Of a stretch of 64,000 bases of DNA, positions 10,680 through 21,702 are shown piece after piece. Both the position numbers and the translations under genes were made by a program. Under the pieces are notes generated by a model, which was given only the letters and a program-made list of their open reading frames with translations, made no database searches and was not told where the DNA came from. The DNA comes from Candidatus Tayloriibacteriota bacterium (GTDB lineage: Bacteria > Patescibacteriota > Minisyncoccia > Phycocordibacterales > PALSA-1337), in NCBI GenBank assembly GCA_052034805.1, contig JBPOID010000003.1, positions 3,502 to 67,501 of the forward strand, in the 5' to 3' direction. Each line of letters starts with the position of its first letter. Position 1 is the stretch's first letter.

Positions 10680-11695
10680 AAAAAGTAATAAAGGCAAATT
10701 CAGATCTAAATAATTATAAAGGTAAAAAAGTATTAATAACTGGTGGATTAGGTTTTATAGGTAGCAATTTGGCACATAAACTTGTAGAACTGGGCGCTGA
10801 AGTTACTGTAATAGATAATCTAGCACCTCTTTATGGTGGAAATGATTTCAATATTAAAGATATAAAAGATAAAATAAAAGTTATTATAGGAGATATAAGA
10901 GACTGGCAATTAATAGATAAAATAGTAATAGACAAAGATATTATATTTAATCTTGCAGCTCAAGTAAGTTATATAGATAGTATAAATATCCCCTTTGAAG
11001 ATCTAGATATAAACTGCAAGGGACATTTAACAATACTTGAAAGTTGTAGAAAGCTAAATAAGAATGTAAAAATAGTATTTTCTAGTTCTAGACTTGCATT
11101 AGGTAAAATAATAGAGAATCCTATAACAGAAGAACATCCAACAAATCCATTAAGTCTTTATGGTATACACAAATTAACAGCTGAAAAGTATTGTTATTTC
11201 TATTATAAAAATCATAATCTAAAAACAACAGTATTAAGAATTACTAATCCATACGGAAAAAGACAGCAAATAAAGCATAGTAAATATTCTATACCTGGAT
11301 GGTTTATGAGATTAGCTATGGAAGGTAAAACTATAAGTATTTTTGGTAAAGGTACTCAGAAAAGAGATTATATATACATAGATGATTTAGTAGATGCATT
11401 TCTTTATGCTGGAATATCAGAGAAAACAAATGGTCAAATATATAATTGCGGATCTGGTAAATCTATAGAATTTAGAAAAATGGTAGAAAATATTGTCAAA
11501 TTAGTAGGAAATGGCAAAGTTGAATATATACCATGGCCAGATAATTATGAAAAAGACGAAACAGCAGATAAAATAGAGACTAGTATTAAAAAAATCTATA
11601 AAGACACAGGTTGGAAACCTAAAACGGAATTAAAAAATGGTTTAAAAGAAATGTTCAATTATTATAAAAATAATAAGGATAAATATATCGACTAA
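10676..11695 (+). CDS. NAD-dependent sugar epimerase/dehydratase (extended SDR)
   Basis: TGGLGFIGS, YGIHK (YxxxK), RDYIYIDD. Confidence 0.9.
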   Translation: MKKVIKANSDLNNYKGKKVLITGGLGFIGSNLAHKLVELGAEVTVIDNLAPLYGGNDFNIKDIKDKIKVIIGDIRDWQLIDKIVIDKDIIFNLAAQVSYIDSINIPFEDLDINCKGHLTILESCRKLNKNVKIVFSSSRLALGKIIENPITEEHPTNPLSLYGIHKLTAEKYCYFYYKNHNLKTTVLRITNPYGKRQQIKHSKYSIPGWFMRLAMEGKTISIFGKGTQKRDYIYIDDLVDAFLYAGISEKTNGQIYNCGSGKSIEFRKMVENIVKLVGNGKVEYIPWPDNYEKDETADKIETSIKKIYKDTGWKPKTELKNGLKEMFNYYKNNKDKYID

Positions 11696-11700
11696 ATAAT

Positions 11701-12453
11701 ATGTTAATAGTGAAATTAACTGGTGGATTAGGTAATCAGCTTTTCCAATATGCAAACGGTAGAGCTATTTCCATAAAAAATAAAACCCCCCTATTAATAG
11801 ATGCTAGTTGGTATAAAGGAAGAATAGATCGTCAATATCTTTTGGATAAATATAATATAAAAAGTAGAATAGCAACAAAATTAGAAATCTTCTTAACAAA
11901 AATATTTAATAAGAAAAATTATATTCAGGGAGATTTTCAAAGTGAAAAATATTTTGAAAATATAAAGAATATAATATCAGAAGATTATTCAATAAAAGAA
12001 CCAATAAAAGATAAGGAGGATTTGATAAATAAAATAAAATCTACAAATTCAGTAAGTATTCATATGAGAGGTGGTGATTATGTAAGAGGCAAAAGAAGTT
12101 CTTTCCATGGTACATGCTCACCTGAATATTACTATAAAGCAATAGAAGAAATTAAATTAAATATAGATTCTCCATTTTTCTTTATCTTTACAGATGATAT
12201 ACCATGGGCAAAAAATCATATAAAATTTCCTGAACCTAATATATTTATAAGTAATGAAGAAAATAAACCTTATGAAGAGATTATTCTTATGTCATATTGT
12301 AAGAATAATATTATAGCCAATAGTACTTTTAGTTGGTGGGGAGCATGGTTAAATAATAATAAAAATAAAATAGTAATTGCCCCTAAAAAATGGTTTAATA
12401 ATGATTCAATAGACACAAAAGATATATTACCTAAACAATGGATAAAAATATAA
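11701..12453 (+). CDS. GT11 (alpha-1,2-fucosyltransferase-like) glycosyltransferase
   Basis: GGLGNQLFQYA, HMRGGDY, NSTFSWWGAWL. Confidence 0.9.
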   Translation: MLIVKLTGGLGNQLFQYANGRAISIKNKTPLLIDASWYKGRIDRQYLLDKYNIKSRIATKLEIFLTKIFNKKNYIQGDFQSEKYFENIKNIISEDYSIKEPIKDKEDLINKIKSTNSVSIHMRGGDYVRGKRSSFHGTCSPEYYYKAIEEIKLNIDSPFFFIFTDDIPWAKNHIKFPEPNIFISNEENKPYEEIILMSYCKNNIIANSTFSWWGAWLNNNKNKIVIAPKKWFNNDSIDTKDILPKQWIKI

Positions 12454-13418
12454 GGATAATCGATATAGAACCAGAAATAAGTGTATTAATGCCTGTATAC
12501 AATGGTGATAAATATTTGAAAGAATCTATAGATAGTATACTTTCTCAAACTTTTACTAATTTTGAACTGATAATAGTAAACGATGGTTCTAAAGATAATA
12601 GTCTAGAAATATTGAAATCTTATTCTGATCCGAGAATCATCATTATAGATAATAAAGTAAATAAAGGACTCATAGAAAGTCTCAATATAGGCTTATCAAA
12701 ATGTCGTGGAAAATATACAGCCCGAATGGATCAAGATGATATTTCCCTACCAGACAGACTACAGATACAGTTTGATTTTATGGAAAAAAATAAAGAAATA
12801 GATCTAGTTGGCGGTTGGACAGAATGCATAAATAAAAATGGTGATTATATAAAGACGTCTAGAAGTCCAGAAAATCCATGGATTATACGTTATGAATTAA
12901 TATTTAATAATGTGATGTTCCATAGTTCAATATTTTTCAAAACAGATATTGTAATAAAAAATGGAGGCTATGATAAGAAAGCCACTCATTCAGAAGATTA
13001 TGATATGTATTCTAGACCAAATAAAGAATTGATGTGTAGTAATATACAAAGAGTATTATTCAAATATAGAATACATAACGAATCTATTACTGGCAGTACG
13101 AATACACAACAAATAGTGCATGAAAATGCTTTAAATGTAGCTTTTAGAAATATTAACAAGTATATAATAATGGATAGAAATACCTTTGATTATCTCAAAG
13201 ATGTCTTAATAATAAAAACACCTAGTGATAAAATAACCATTGATATATTAATAAAATCTATTAAAATTCTAAAAAAGATAACGGAGAACTTCATAAAGAT
13301 TAATAATCTAGATAAAAATAATAGGAAAAATATAATTGATAAATATAAAGGAAAAAGAAATTCATTTATTAAAAATTATTTTATTGGTAAATATCATAAA
13401 ATAATTAAATGGGTATAA
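12438..13418 (+). CDS. GT2 glycosyltransferase
   Basis: SVLMPVYN, VNDGSKD, ARMDQDD, SEDY. Confidence 0.9.
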   Translation: MDKNIRIIDIEPEISVLMPVYNGDKYLKESIDSILSQTFTNFELIIVNDGSKDNSLEILKSYSDPRIIIIDNKVNKGLIESLNIGLSKCRGKYTARMDQDDISLPDRLQIQFDFMEKNKEIDLVGGWTECINKNGDYIKTSRSPENPWIIRYELIFNNVMFHSSIFFKTDIVIKNGGYDKKATHSEDYDMYSRPNKELMCSNIQRVLFKYRIHNESITGSTNTQQIVHENALNVAFRNINKYIIMDRNTFDYLKDVLIIKTPSDKITIDILIKSIKILKKITENFIKINNLDKNNRKNIIDKYKGKRNSFIKNYFIGKYHKIIKWV

Positions 13419-13454
13419 TAAAAACAAATAGATACTATTTAGAAATATAAATAT

Positions 13455-14408
13455 ATGAATAAATTTAATACCCCTATTATATTTTTAATATTCAAAAGAA
13501 AAAAAGAAACTTCTTTGGTATTTGAGGAAATAAGAAAGATAAAACCCAGTAAACTCTTTATAGTAGCTGATGGACCTAGAAACGAGGAAGAGAAAATACT
13601 GTCATCTGAGACAAGAAAAATCGTAGATAAAATAGACTGGGAATGTGAAATTTATAGAAATTATTCAGATATAAATCTAGGATGTAGAGAAAGAGTAATA
13701 TCAGGTATTAATTGGGCTTTTGAGAAAATAGACCGAGCTATTATATTAGAAGATGACTGTTTGCCTAATCAAGATTTCTTTAGATTTTCTGAAGAAATGT
13801 TAGAGAAATATAAAGACAATGAGAATATAATGCATATAGGTGGTAGTAATTTCCAAGATAATAATAAAGAATTTATAAACTCAATCAAAGGAGATAGCTA
13901 TTATTTTTCAAATATAGCTCAGATATGGGGCTGGGCTACATGGAAAAAAGCTTGGAATAAATATGATTCTAATATGATCACTTGGGAAAAAATAAAAGAT
14001 AAAAAGGATTTTATAAAACATTTCCCTAATAAATATATATATCAATATTGGAAATATTTTTTCGAAAAGATGCATAGAAACGAATTTGATACTTGGGATA
14101 TAGCTTGGACATATACATGTTTCAAAGAAAATGGATTATGCATAATGCCAAAAGTGAATCTAATAGAAAATACAGGTAGTGATGCATCAACAGCAACACA
14201 TAAATCCAATAATCTAACTCATATAAAGACATCAGCATTAATATTCCCTCTCACACATCCCAATATAATTAAAGAGAATAGAATCGCAGATAAATATACA
14301 TATAAAAGAGTATATGGGGTTAATACCAATATTAGAAATGTATTAAAATCTTATATGAAACATTATTTACCTTCTCTTTTTGAGAAAATAAAATCTTTCA
14401 TGAAATAG
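13455..14408 (+). CDS. Nucleotide-diphospho-sugar transferase (GT-A fold)
   Basis: ADGPR, NLGC, ILEDDC, WGWATW. Confidence 0.8.
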   Translation: MNKFNTPIIFLIFKRKKETSLVFEEIRKIKPSKLFIVADGPRNEEEKILSSETRKIVDKIDWECEIYRNYSDINLGCRERVISGINWAFEKIDRAIILEDDCLPNQDFFRFSEEMLEKYKDNENIMHIGGSNFQDNNKEFINSIKGDSYYFSNIAQIWGWATWKKAWNKYDSNMITWEKIKDKKDFIKHFPNKYIYQYWKYFFEKMHRNEFDTWDIAWTYTCFKENGLCIMPKVNLIENTGSDASTATHKSNNLTHIKTSALIFPLTHPNIIKENRIADKYTYKRVYGVNTNIRNVLKSYMKHYLPSLFEKIKSFMK

Positions 14409-15089
14409 ATTGGGAAATATTCCGAAAATTATTTCAAATATGGGTTGCAATAACATAGCTATTCTAGGTAATGACCATAATTTCGGTACAAATAAACCAT
14501 AACTGATTGAATCTAGTATTTCAAAATCATTCTTTAAAAGATTTTCATAGCTCTTATAATCCCAATAATCTTTCAGGATTTCCATATTCTTTAATTTTAA
14601 TTTGGCAAATAGAGAATTATTAGATACTAGAGATAATATAATCAAACTATTATTATCAGTATGTGACTTTATAAAATCAAATTCTTCTTCGAATATTCCA
14701 GGACTAACAAAACCTATAGCTAAAAGTATATTAGCTTTTATATCTTTATTTAATTCATCTTTAACAGAAAAAGATAATAGATTTTCTAATTCTGATTTCT
14801 TGGCTTTATCTATCATTAATGGAGATATATCAACACCAATAGCTTTAGATATATTCTTCTTAAATTTAGATACTAAGGTTCTAATAACGAATCCATCCGC
14901 ACATCCATCTTCGATAATAACAAGATCACTCTTGTTATTTATATATTTATCTATTTTATTTATTAATAATTTTAATCTTCTCTGAAAAAAGAATTTATTA
15001 TAAGTATTAGGTACGGTCAAATACCTTTTCTCTGAATAATTTCCACTTTCTTTATCATAAAACGATGTATCGAAAAAATTTATATTCAT
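14367..15089 (-). CDS. Class I SAM-dependent methyltransferase (ATG 15089 preferred over TTG 15110)
   Basis: EDGCADG motif I, GVDISPLMI. Confidence 0.75.
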   Translation of the reverse strand: MNINFFDTSFYDKESGNYSEKRYLTVPNTYNKFFFQRRLKLLINKIDKYINNKSDLVIIEDGCADGFVIRTLVSKFKKNISKAIGVDISPLMIDKAKKSELENLLSFSVKDELNKDIKANILLAIGFVSPGIFEEEFDFIKSHTDNNSLIILSLVSNNSLFAKLKLKNMEILKDYWDYKSYENLLKNDFEILDSISYGLFVPKLWSLPRIAMLLQPIFEIIFGIFPNLFHERFYFLKKRR

Positions 15090-15094
15090 ATATT

Positions 15095-16336
15095 CTATAA
15101 ATGATACCAACTATCTAATTTCTGTATATATTTATCTATAGTAAAATTATTAATTATTCTATCATAAGAATGATTACCAAAATCTCTAAGAGTTGAATCA
15201 TTTTCAATTAAAAATCTTATTTTATTTTCAAGATCTGATTTATTATTAGGATTCAATATAAAACCATTTTTATTATCTTCTATTATTTCCTTTGCACCGC
15301 CAAAGCAATTCCCTATTACAGGTCTCCTACATATCATTGATTCTAATATATTAGTAGGAAACCAATCAAAGCATAAAGAAGGCACTAGAGTTATAAAACA
15401 AGCATTATAAGCATATTTAATATATTTATTGTCTAACCAACCAGTAAATACTATATTCTTGTCTATACGCATTTTAACAGCTTTAAAAAGCATTTTATTA
15501 GCATATTCATCTTTATTACCTACAATAAGCAAGATTATATCCGGATAATCTTTTATTAAATTAACAATTATGTCTAGTATGATTTCACCGCCTTTTGCAC
15601 TACTTAATCTGCCACCGAAAAATATTACTCTTTTACCATTAAGATTAAATTTATTTATAAAATTATCAGCCTCTTTGATATCTATTTCCCATTTATTTAT
15701 ATCTATACCATTATTTATGACTTCTATATTATCTATACCATTATCATTCAGGGCATTCTTCAAGGCATTACTTACAGAAAAAATCTTATTAGCTTTCTTA
15801 AGATAAGATTTTATTATTATATTTCTAAAAGGATTATATCTTGATTTAAAATCTTTTAATTGTTTAATTGGCGATATTTTGTAATTTATAACATTACAAT
15901 CAGAAGAATTTACGTCATCAGGAAATAATTTACTATAATGAAAAGACATTGAATCATGAATTGTTACAAAAACAGATTTAGAATATTTCTTAGCTAAAGA
16001 AATAGAGTAATAAGATATATGATAATGAATATTATGGAAATGTACTATATCAAAAGTCTCATTTTTTAAAATAGCTTTTATTTTATATATAATAAAAGGA
16101 TTATATAAAGATAGATATGATCTGTATCTAGGATTATAATTTGAATATAATCTTATTATACGAATACCGTTTTCTATAGATTCACCTACTAATTCTCTTT
16201 TATCAACAGTAGTTACTACAGTTACCTTATAACCTATTTTAGACAAACCTATTGCATGAATATTGGTAATAACAGCGGCGCCACCACCTCTCTGAGATAT
16301 ATCATCTGTGATTATTAATATATTTTTTCTATTCAT
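15095..16336 (-). CDS. GT4 glycosyltransferase
   Basis: GGRLSSAKG, PSLCFDWFPTNILESM, GGAKEII. Confidence 0.88.
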   Translation of the reverse strand: MNRKNILIITDDISQRGGGAAVITNIHAIGLSKIGYKVTVVTTVDKRELVGESIENGIRIIRLYSNYNPRYRSYLSLYNPFIIYKIKAILKNETFDIVHFHNIHYHISYYSISLAKKYSKSVFVTIHDSMSFHYSKLFPDDVNSSDCNVINYKISPIKQLKDFKSRYNPFRNIIIKSYLKKANKIFSVSNALKNALNDNGIDNIEVINNGIDINKWEIDIKEADNFINKFNLNGKRVIFFGGRLSSAKGGEIILDIIVNLIKDYPDIILLIVGNKDEYANKMLFKAVKMRIDKNIVFTGWLDNKYIKYAYNACFITLVPSLCFDWFPTNILESMICRRPVIGNCFGGAKEIIEDNKNGFILNPNNKSDLENKIRFLIENDSTLRDFGNHSYDRIINNFTIDKYIQKLDSWYHL

Positions 16337-16343
16337 TTAATTC

Positions 16344-17486
16344 TTATATTTTATCTTTAGACTTCTTATTCAATACATTCTCATATTGTTTTATAAATTT
16401 ATTGCCAATATTATCCCAAGTATGTTCTTTAGCATAAAGAAAACCTGATTGACCTAGAGATTCTCTTAGATTTTTATTATCTAATAATCTCTTAATAGCA
16501 TTATATGTTTCATCTATATCACCTTCTTTTACAACTAAACCTGTTTTATCTGGTATAACAGCATCTAAAGTACCACCAGAATTAGAAGCTATAACTGGTT
16601 TACGCGAAGCTCCAGCTTCTAGATATACTATGCCGAAACCTTCGAAATTCCAATTAATCATTACAGGAGTATGAATATAAATATCTATAGCAGAGAAATA
16701 CCTAGGCATATCATCATCAGATATTGAACCCGTAAATGTAACATTATCAGTTAGTCCATTATCACTTATAATACTGTCTAATCTATTCACATAATCATTC
16801 CTCTTCTCATTATTACCGACTATAAGATAATGGAAATCATTTCTCTCTTTTATTAATTTAGATAAGGCATTCAAAACAATATCATGCCCCTTTCTAGGCT
16901 TAATAGCACCTACAGTCATTAATAATTTCTTATTTTTATATTTTTCTTTTATATCAGCTGTTTGATATGTATCAGAAAATCTATCAAAATTAGTAGCGCA
17001 ATGTATTATATTTATAGGAGTCTTTGTACCTGAATATTTAATAACAGAATCAGCGGTAAATTTACTTATAGATATCATCGATGTTGCATGATTGTAAGCT
17101 CTTTTAAGAAAAAAAGAACTAGGAAATTCAAATAATGGTTTTACAGCATAGGTACCAGCAAGTCCTATTATAAGAGGTATATTATTATATCTAGAAATAT
17201 TATCAGCTATCAAAGCATAAGGAAATTCGAAAATAGAATGTACTATATCTGCATCAGTCTTATATTTAAAAAATAGATAATTAAATGCTTCTATATTTCT
17301 TAAATCAAAAATATATTTAGGTAGAATATATTCTACCTTATATGAAGTATATTCATAATGTTTCTCATCAATAGGAAGTAATAATGTTATATCTGCCTTA
17401 TCTTTAAGAAAACTACATAATTCATGGGTAAGATTACCCGTACCACTTTGAATATTATTGGTAGATGCGATGAGAAGTATTTTCAT
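16344..17486 (-). CDS. GT4 glycosyltransferase
   Basis: VGAIKPRKG, EGFGIVYLEA. Confidence 0.9.
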   Translation of the reverse strand: MKILLIASTNNIQSGTGNLTHELCSFLKDKADITLLLPIDEKHYEYTSYKVEYILPKYIFDLRNIEAFNYLFFKYKTDADIVHSIFEFPYALIADNISRYNNIPLIIGLAGTYAVKPLFEFPSSFFLKRAYNHATSMISISKFTADSVIKYSGTKTPINIIHCATNFDRFSDTYQTADIKEKYKNKKLLMTVGAIKPRKGHDIVLNALSKLIKERNDFHYLIVGNNEKRNDYVNRLDSIISDNGLTDNVTFTGSISDDDMPRYFSAIDIYIHTPVMINWNFEGFGIVYLEAGASRKPVIASNSGGTLDAVIPDKTGLVVKEGDIDETYNAIKRLLDNKNLRESLGQSGFLYAKEHTWDNIGNKFIKQYENVLNKKSKDKI

Positions 17487-18118
17487 TTCTTTTTTAAAAC
17501 CATATAATATCCACTCACAAGTATTCCTGATTCTTTATTTTTCCTTGCTATATCACCATATTCTTCTTTTATAAACCAATTGAAATGACTCAATATATTA
17601 GCAAATAAGAAAAGTACAAATTTTGAGATCTTATTTATTTTTAATCTAGTTTGATAACCTATTCTCTGTAGAAGTACAGATATTGTAGAGAAATCCGTGG
17701 TTTCGGTTTCTAATTCCAATATTTCAAAATCTTTAAAAAGCTCCATTAATCCATATTTTGTAAATCTCCAAAAATCATTAGGCGAATCATGAATTGGAAA
17801 AATAAATCTAGTACAAAAGATCACCTTACCACCCTTTTTCAATACTCTTTTCATTTCAGAAGTTGCTTTTACTGGATCTTTGAGATGTTCAAATACATCA
17901 GTAGATAAAATAGAATCTACTTCACCATCTTTAAATGGAAGATTATGAGCATCAGCTATAATATCCGGCTTTCTATTCGGATCCATATCCACAGAAATAC
18001 GGTTTGGGAAGAATCTATGATATGAAGAATTTCCAGACCCTATATCGACTATTTTATCGTCTGTGGCATGCTTTCTCAAGAATTCATCTAGTCTTTTCCT
18101 AGTTATTTTGCTTATCAT
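17483..18118 (-). CDS. Class I SAM-dependent methyltransferase
   Basis: VDIGSG, DAHNLPF, VFEHL, RVLKKGG. Confidence 0.88.
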   Translation of the reverse strand: MISKITRKRLDEFLRKHATDDKIVDIGSGNSSYHRFFPNRISVDMDPNRKPDIIADAHNLPFKDGEVDSILSTDVFEHLKDPVKATSEMKRVLKKGGKVIFCTRFIFPIHDSPNDFWRFTKYGLMELFKDFEILELETETTDFSTISVLLQRIGYQTRLKINKISKFVLFLFANILSHFNWFIKEEYGDIARKNKESGILVSGYYMVLKKK

Positions 18119-18172
18119 ACAAGCATTATAACAGGTATAAATACTATTTCAAAAACATGATAGAATCACTAT
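18119..18172. promoter_or_regulatory. Divergent extended -10 promoters, both leaderless
   Basis: Minus strand: TGtTATAAT (18125-18133) 6 nt before ATG 18118. Plus strand: TGaTAGAAT (18158-18166) 6 nt before ATG 18173. Confidence 0.65.
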
Positions 18173-19789
18173 ATGGCTATAAGAAACATAGAGGAATTAG
18201 CTTCTCTAAACAATAAAGACTTAATATATGATATTTGTATTGTCGGTACAGGACCGGCTGGTATGACATTATGTAGTGAATTATCAAATACAAATAAAAA
18301 GATTTGCGTATTAGAATCTGGAACTCTAGAAAAGAATGATTATGCTGATTCACTAAGAGAGACAGAAAGTGATGGTTTAATAAAAATCAGAAATTCCTCT
18401 AGAGAAAGAGTTTTCGGTGGTACATCTACAACTTGGTCAGGTCTATCATCTCCTATGGATAAAGTGGATTTTGAAAAATGGCCAATAAAAATAGAGGACT
18501 TGGAAAAGTATTATATAAAAACCAATAAATACGGTTTTCCTAAATTCGAAGATTTTAATAAATCAAATACAGATGAAATAAAAAATAAATCTGAATTAAA
18601 ATTAGAATCAGATAAATTAGAAGAGAAAATATTTATTGCTCTAGATCCTCCATGGAATTTCGCTAATAGATTAAAAGGAATTTTTAATAAAGATAATATA
18701 GATCTATATCTAGATGCTACAGTTATAAAAATAAACAAGAAAGATAATCAGAGTATAGATAATCTGGAAATTACTGATTCAAAAAATAATAAATACAAAG
18801 TAAATGCAAAAATCTTTGTATTAGCTGTAGGGGGTATAGAAAGTAGTAGATTATTATTATCAAGTAATATAGGAAATGAACATGATCAAGTAGGTAAATA
18901 CATAATGAATCATCCTAAAGACAATCATGGAATATTAATACTAAATAAACCAATAGAAAATGCTGATTATCTATTCGGCTATCTGAATAAAGGATTTGCA
19001 AAATATTCAGGATTTAGAATAAATGAAAATCTACAGAAAAAATTGAATATAATGAATAGTTATATGAGATTTGAACCAATATTCCCTTGGACAGATAGTA
19101 GGGGTGTGGCTGATCTCATCACAATAACAAAAAAAATGAAAATATTTCTTGATTGGTGGAAGAAAAAACAGAAAAATATAATACGCTTGAGAGATTGGAA
19201 TGAAACGGGTGATGATAGAAAACCTCAAAACAAAAAAATAAATAATTTTAAATGGAATATCGCTATATACAATATGATAAAAGATATAAGAAAAGTATTA
19301 TCATATACATTACATAGATTATTACATAATAAAAAATTGTTAATAAAAACAATAAGAATAAGAAATTTCATGGATATGGAACCTAGAGCAGAAAACAGAA
19401 TAATACTCAGTGATAAATTGGATATAAATGGTAATAGATTGCCTAAAATAATACTTAATATTTCAGATATAGATAAATATTCACTTATGAAACTTCATGA
19501 AATATTCAAAGAAGAAATAGAAAAAAATAATATAGGAATATTCCAAAGTAATTTAGATAAAAATAAATGGCCTATAATATCAGAAGCTAGTCATCATCTG
19601 GGTGGTACTATAATGGGAAATGATAATAAAAAATCTGTAGTAGACAGAGACTTGAAAGTCCATTCTATAGAAAATCTATATATATGTAGTAGTTCAGTAT
19701 TCCCTACTGCAGGATGTGCAAATCCAACATATACAATATGTGCTTTAGCGATAAGACTAGCGGATAAATTATCTAGTATAAAAATCTAA
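18173..19789 (+). CDS. GMC family FAD oxidoreductase
   Basis: VGTGPAG, FGGTSTTWSG, HHLGGTIMG, SSVFPTAGCANPTYTI. Confidence 0.9.
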   Translation: MAIRNIEELASLNNKDLIYDICIVGTGPAGMTLCSELSNTNKKICVLESGTLEKNDYADSLRETESDGLIKIRNSSRERVFGGTSTTWSGLSSPMDKVDFEKWPIKIEDLEKYYIKTNKYGFPKFEDFNKSNTDEIKNKSELKLESDKLEEKIFIALDPPWNFANRLKGIFNKDNIDLYLDATVIKINKKDNQSIDNLEITDSKNNKYKVNAKIFVLAVGGIESSRLLLSSNIGNEHDQVGKYIMNHPKDNHGILILNKPIENADYLFGYLNKGFAKYSGFRINENLQKKLNIMNSYMRFEPIFPWTDSRGVADLITITKKMKIFLDWWKKKQKNIIRLRDWNETGDDRKPQNKKINNFKWNIAIYNMIKDIRKVLSYTLHRLLHNKKLLIKTIRIRNFMDMEPRAENRIILSDKLDINGNRLPKIILNISDIDKYSLMKLHEIFKEEIEKNNIGIFQSNLDKNKWPIISEASHHLGGTIMGNDNKKSVVDRDLKVHSIENLYICSSSVFPTAGCANPTYTICALAIRLADKLSSIKI

Positions 19790-19805
19790 AGAGATAATCT
19801 AAACA

Positions 19806-20714
19806 TTATCTCTTTAAATAAAAGACAATCATAGAGAAATCTTTTTCATTGAAAAGTCTGTTTAATGGTTTGATTAATTTATCAAAACCATATAATAAAG
19901 TATAAATTGAAAAAGAAAATATCATAAAAAGCAAATCCTTAATATTTTTATTTTTCTTATATCTTTTCAATAAATGTAAAGAACCTAATTCATAAGCGAG
20001 TCTAGGTGGCTTCAAGAAAATCTCTTTTATATTGTCGAAGCCTTTATGCTCCATAAAAAGATCGAGATTGGCTATGGAAAATTGGAAAAGATGATAAGGA
20101 GGAGTTACAGATGACCAAGGTATATTGAATAATCTATATAAAATAAATGTCGATTTTGACCATATACAATCAAGATTAGGTGTTGATATAACAATAAGAC
20201 CATTTTTCTTTAGAATTCTTTTACATTCATTTATAAAATCATGAGGAGAATTAACATGTTCTATTATATCTCCAAGAAATATAATATCGAAAAATTCATT
20301 ATCGAATTTAATATCATGCAAGAAACCATTATAAACATTTGGATTATTAGATTTGGCTATTTCTGCTGTCCTACGATTAAGTTCAATACCATAAGTATCA
20401 AAACCTCTTTTTCTAGCAAAATACATAAACTCACCACTAGAACATCCAACATCCAATAATTTACCTGAATCAAATTTATTTTTTATTATTTCTATAATTC
20501 TTTCTGTTTTTCTATCTGGATATTCTCCATAATTACCCTTTTTATTACTTTGATAACCTGATTCATAAGAATACACTTCATCTTTCAAGAATTCAGGCTT
20601 TGGTTGTGGATATACGAATACCAATGAACATGAATTACATTTATACAAATCAAAACCATCTTTCTTCATTAGAAATTCTGACTTTATATTACATATAATA
20701 CATTCTGGTTTCAT
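19806..20714 (-). CDS. Class I SAM methyltransferase with N-terminal CxxC..CxxC zinc ribbon
   Basis: CIIC/CNSC, LDVGCSSG, IIEHV, STPN. Confidence 0.88.
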   Translation of the reverse strand: MKPECIICNIKSEFLMKKDGFDLYKCNSCSLVFVYPQPKPEFLKDEVYSYESGYQSNKKGNYGEYPDRKTERIIEIIKNKFDSGKLLDVGCSSGEFMYFARKRGFDTYGIELNRRTAEIAKSNNPNVYNGFLHDIKFDNEFFDIIFLGDIIEHVNSPHDFINECKRILKKNGLIVISTPNLDCIWSKSTFILYRLFNIPWSSVTPPYHLFQFSIANLDLFMEHKGFDNIKEIFLKPPRLAYELGSLHLLKRYKKNKNIKDLLFMIFSFSIYTLLYGFDKLIKPLNRLFNEKDFSMIVFYLKR

Positions 20715-20718
20715 AAAT

Positions 20719-21702
20719 CTATTCTATTATACTCATAACTCTAGATCTAGTATTATGATCCATTAAAATCTTTTCATATTCTATAATCATAGAATCTTGA
20801 TTATATGATTTTCTTATATAATCTCCTAATTCTATTAATCTTTTTTCAAATCCTTCTAAATCATTAAATTCATATATTCTACTATAATCAAAATTCTTAC
20901 CTTCTGGAGCTTTTATATCTATCTTTTCCGTAAGTAAAATACAATTATTACCCAATACTTCCCAGAATCTAGCCGTATCGAATCCACCACCACCTATAGA
21001 TATACCTATTTTTGTTCTTGCTAGAATATTATAGAATTCATCTCTACCCGCAATCTTTGTCGAATCATCAAAATTAAAACCATTGGTTCTTTTTGCCATA
21101 CAAGTAAAACCATTTTTCTTACAAAATTTTTCTAGCATAATCCTAGCCTCCTTTCTCATTTTAGGATAATCTTCTTGACCGAAGATACAAGTAAAATCAA
21201 TATCTTTTTTTATATTCTTATTAAAAAATTTTGTATATCGAGACTCAATACCGAATGGTAATGGTTTTATTCCATTTATATATGGTTTCTCTCTTCTAAA
21301 ATATGATTTGCATTTATCCAACATATCTTTATTTATTGCGCCTATACCATCATATTTACCCTCTATTATTTTATTCTGTATAACTTGATCAAATCTATTA
21401 TTCTTTCCTGTTTCAGAACCATCTATGAAAATAGTCTTATCCCATCTATTTATCTTTTCTGCCAAATCAAAATTAGTACTATTTTTACCCCAAGCTAGAA
21501 TAATAATATCTGAATCTTTTGCATATTCTATAAATTCATTATTCCCTAATATATATTTTCCAATATTAAAAGGTGTTGGATAATTATCTGTAACTCTAAA
21601 ATCAAGATAAGATTCATTTTCTAATATTATCAAACCATCTAATATGGTATTTGCTAAATAATCACTTTTAGCTATTGGTGTTATAACTGCTATTTTTTTC
21701 AT
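20719..21702 (-). CDS. Putative glycosyltransferase (GT-B, CgeB-like C-terminus)
   Basis: GGGFDTARFWEVLGNNCILLT; cluster context. Confidence 0.6.
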   Translation of the reverse strand: MKKIAVITPIAKSDYLANTILDGLIILENESYLDFRVTDNYPTPFNIGKYILGNNEFIEYAKDSDIIILAWGKNSTNFDLAEKINRWDKTIFIDGSETGKNNRFDQVIQNKIIEGKYDGIGAINKDMLDKCKSYFRREKPYINGIKPLPFGIESRYTKFFNKNIKKDIDFTCIFGQEDYPKMRKEARIMLEKFCKKNGFTCMAKRTNGFNFDDSTKIAGRDEFYNILARTKIGISIGGGGFDTARFWEVLGNNCILLTEKIDIKAPEGKNFDYSRIYEFNDLEGFEKRLIELGDYIRKSYNQDSMIIEYEKILMDHNTRSRVMSIIE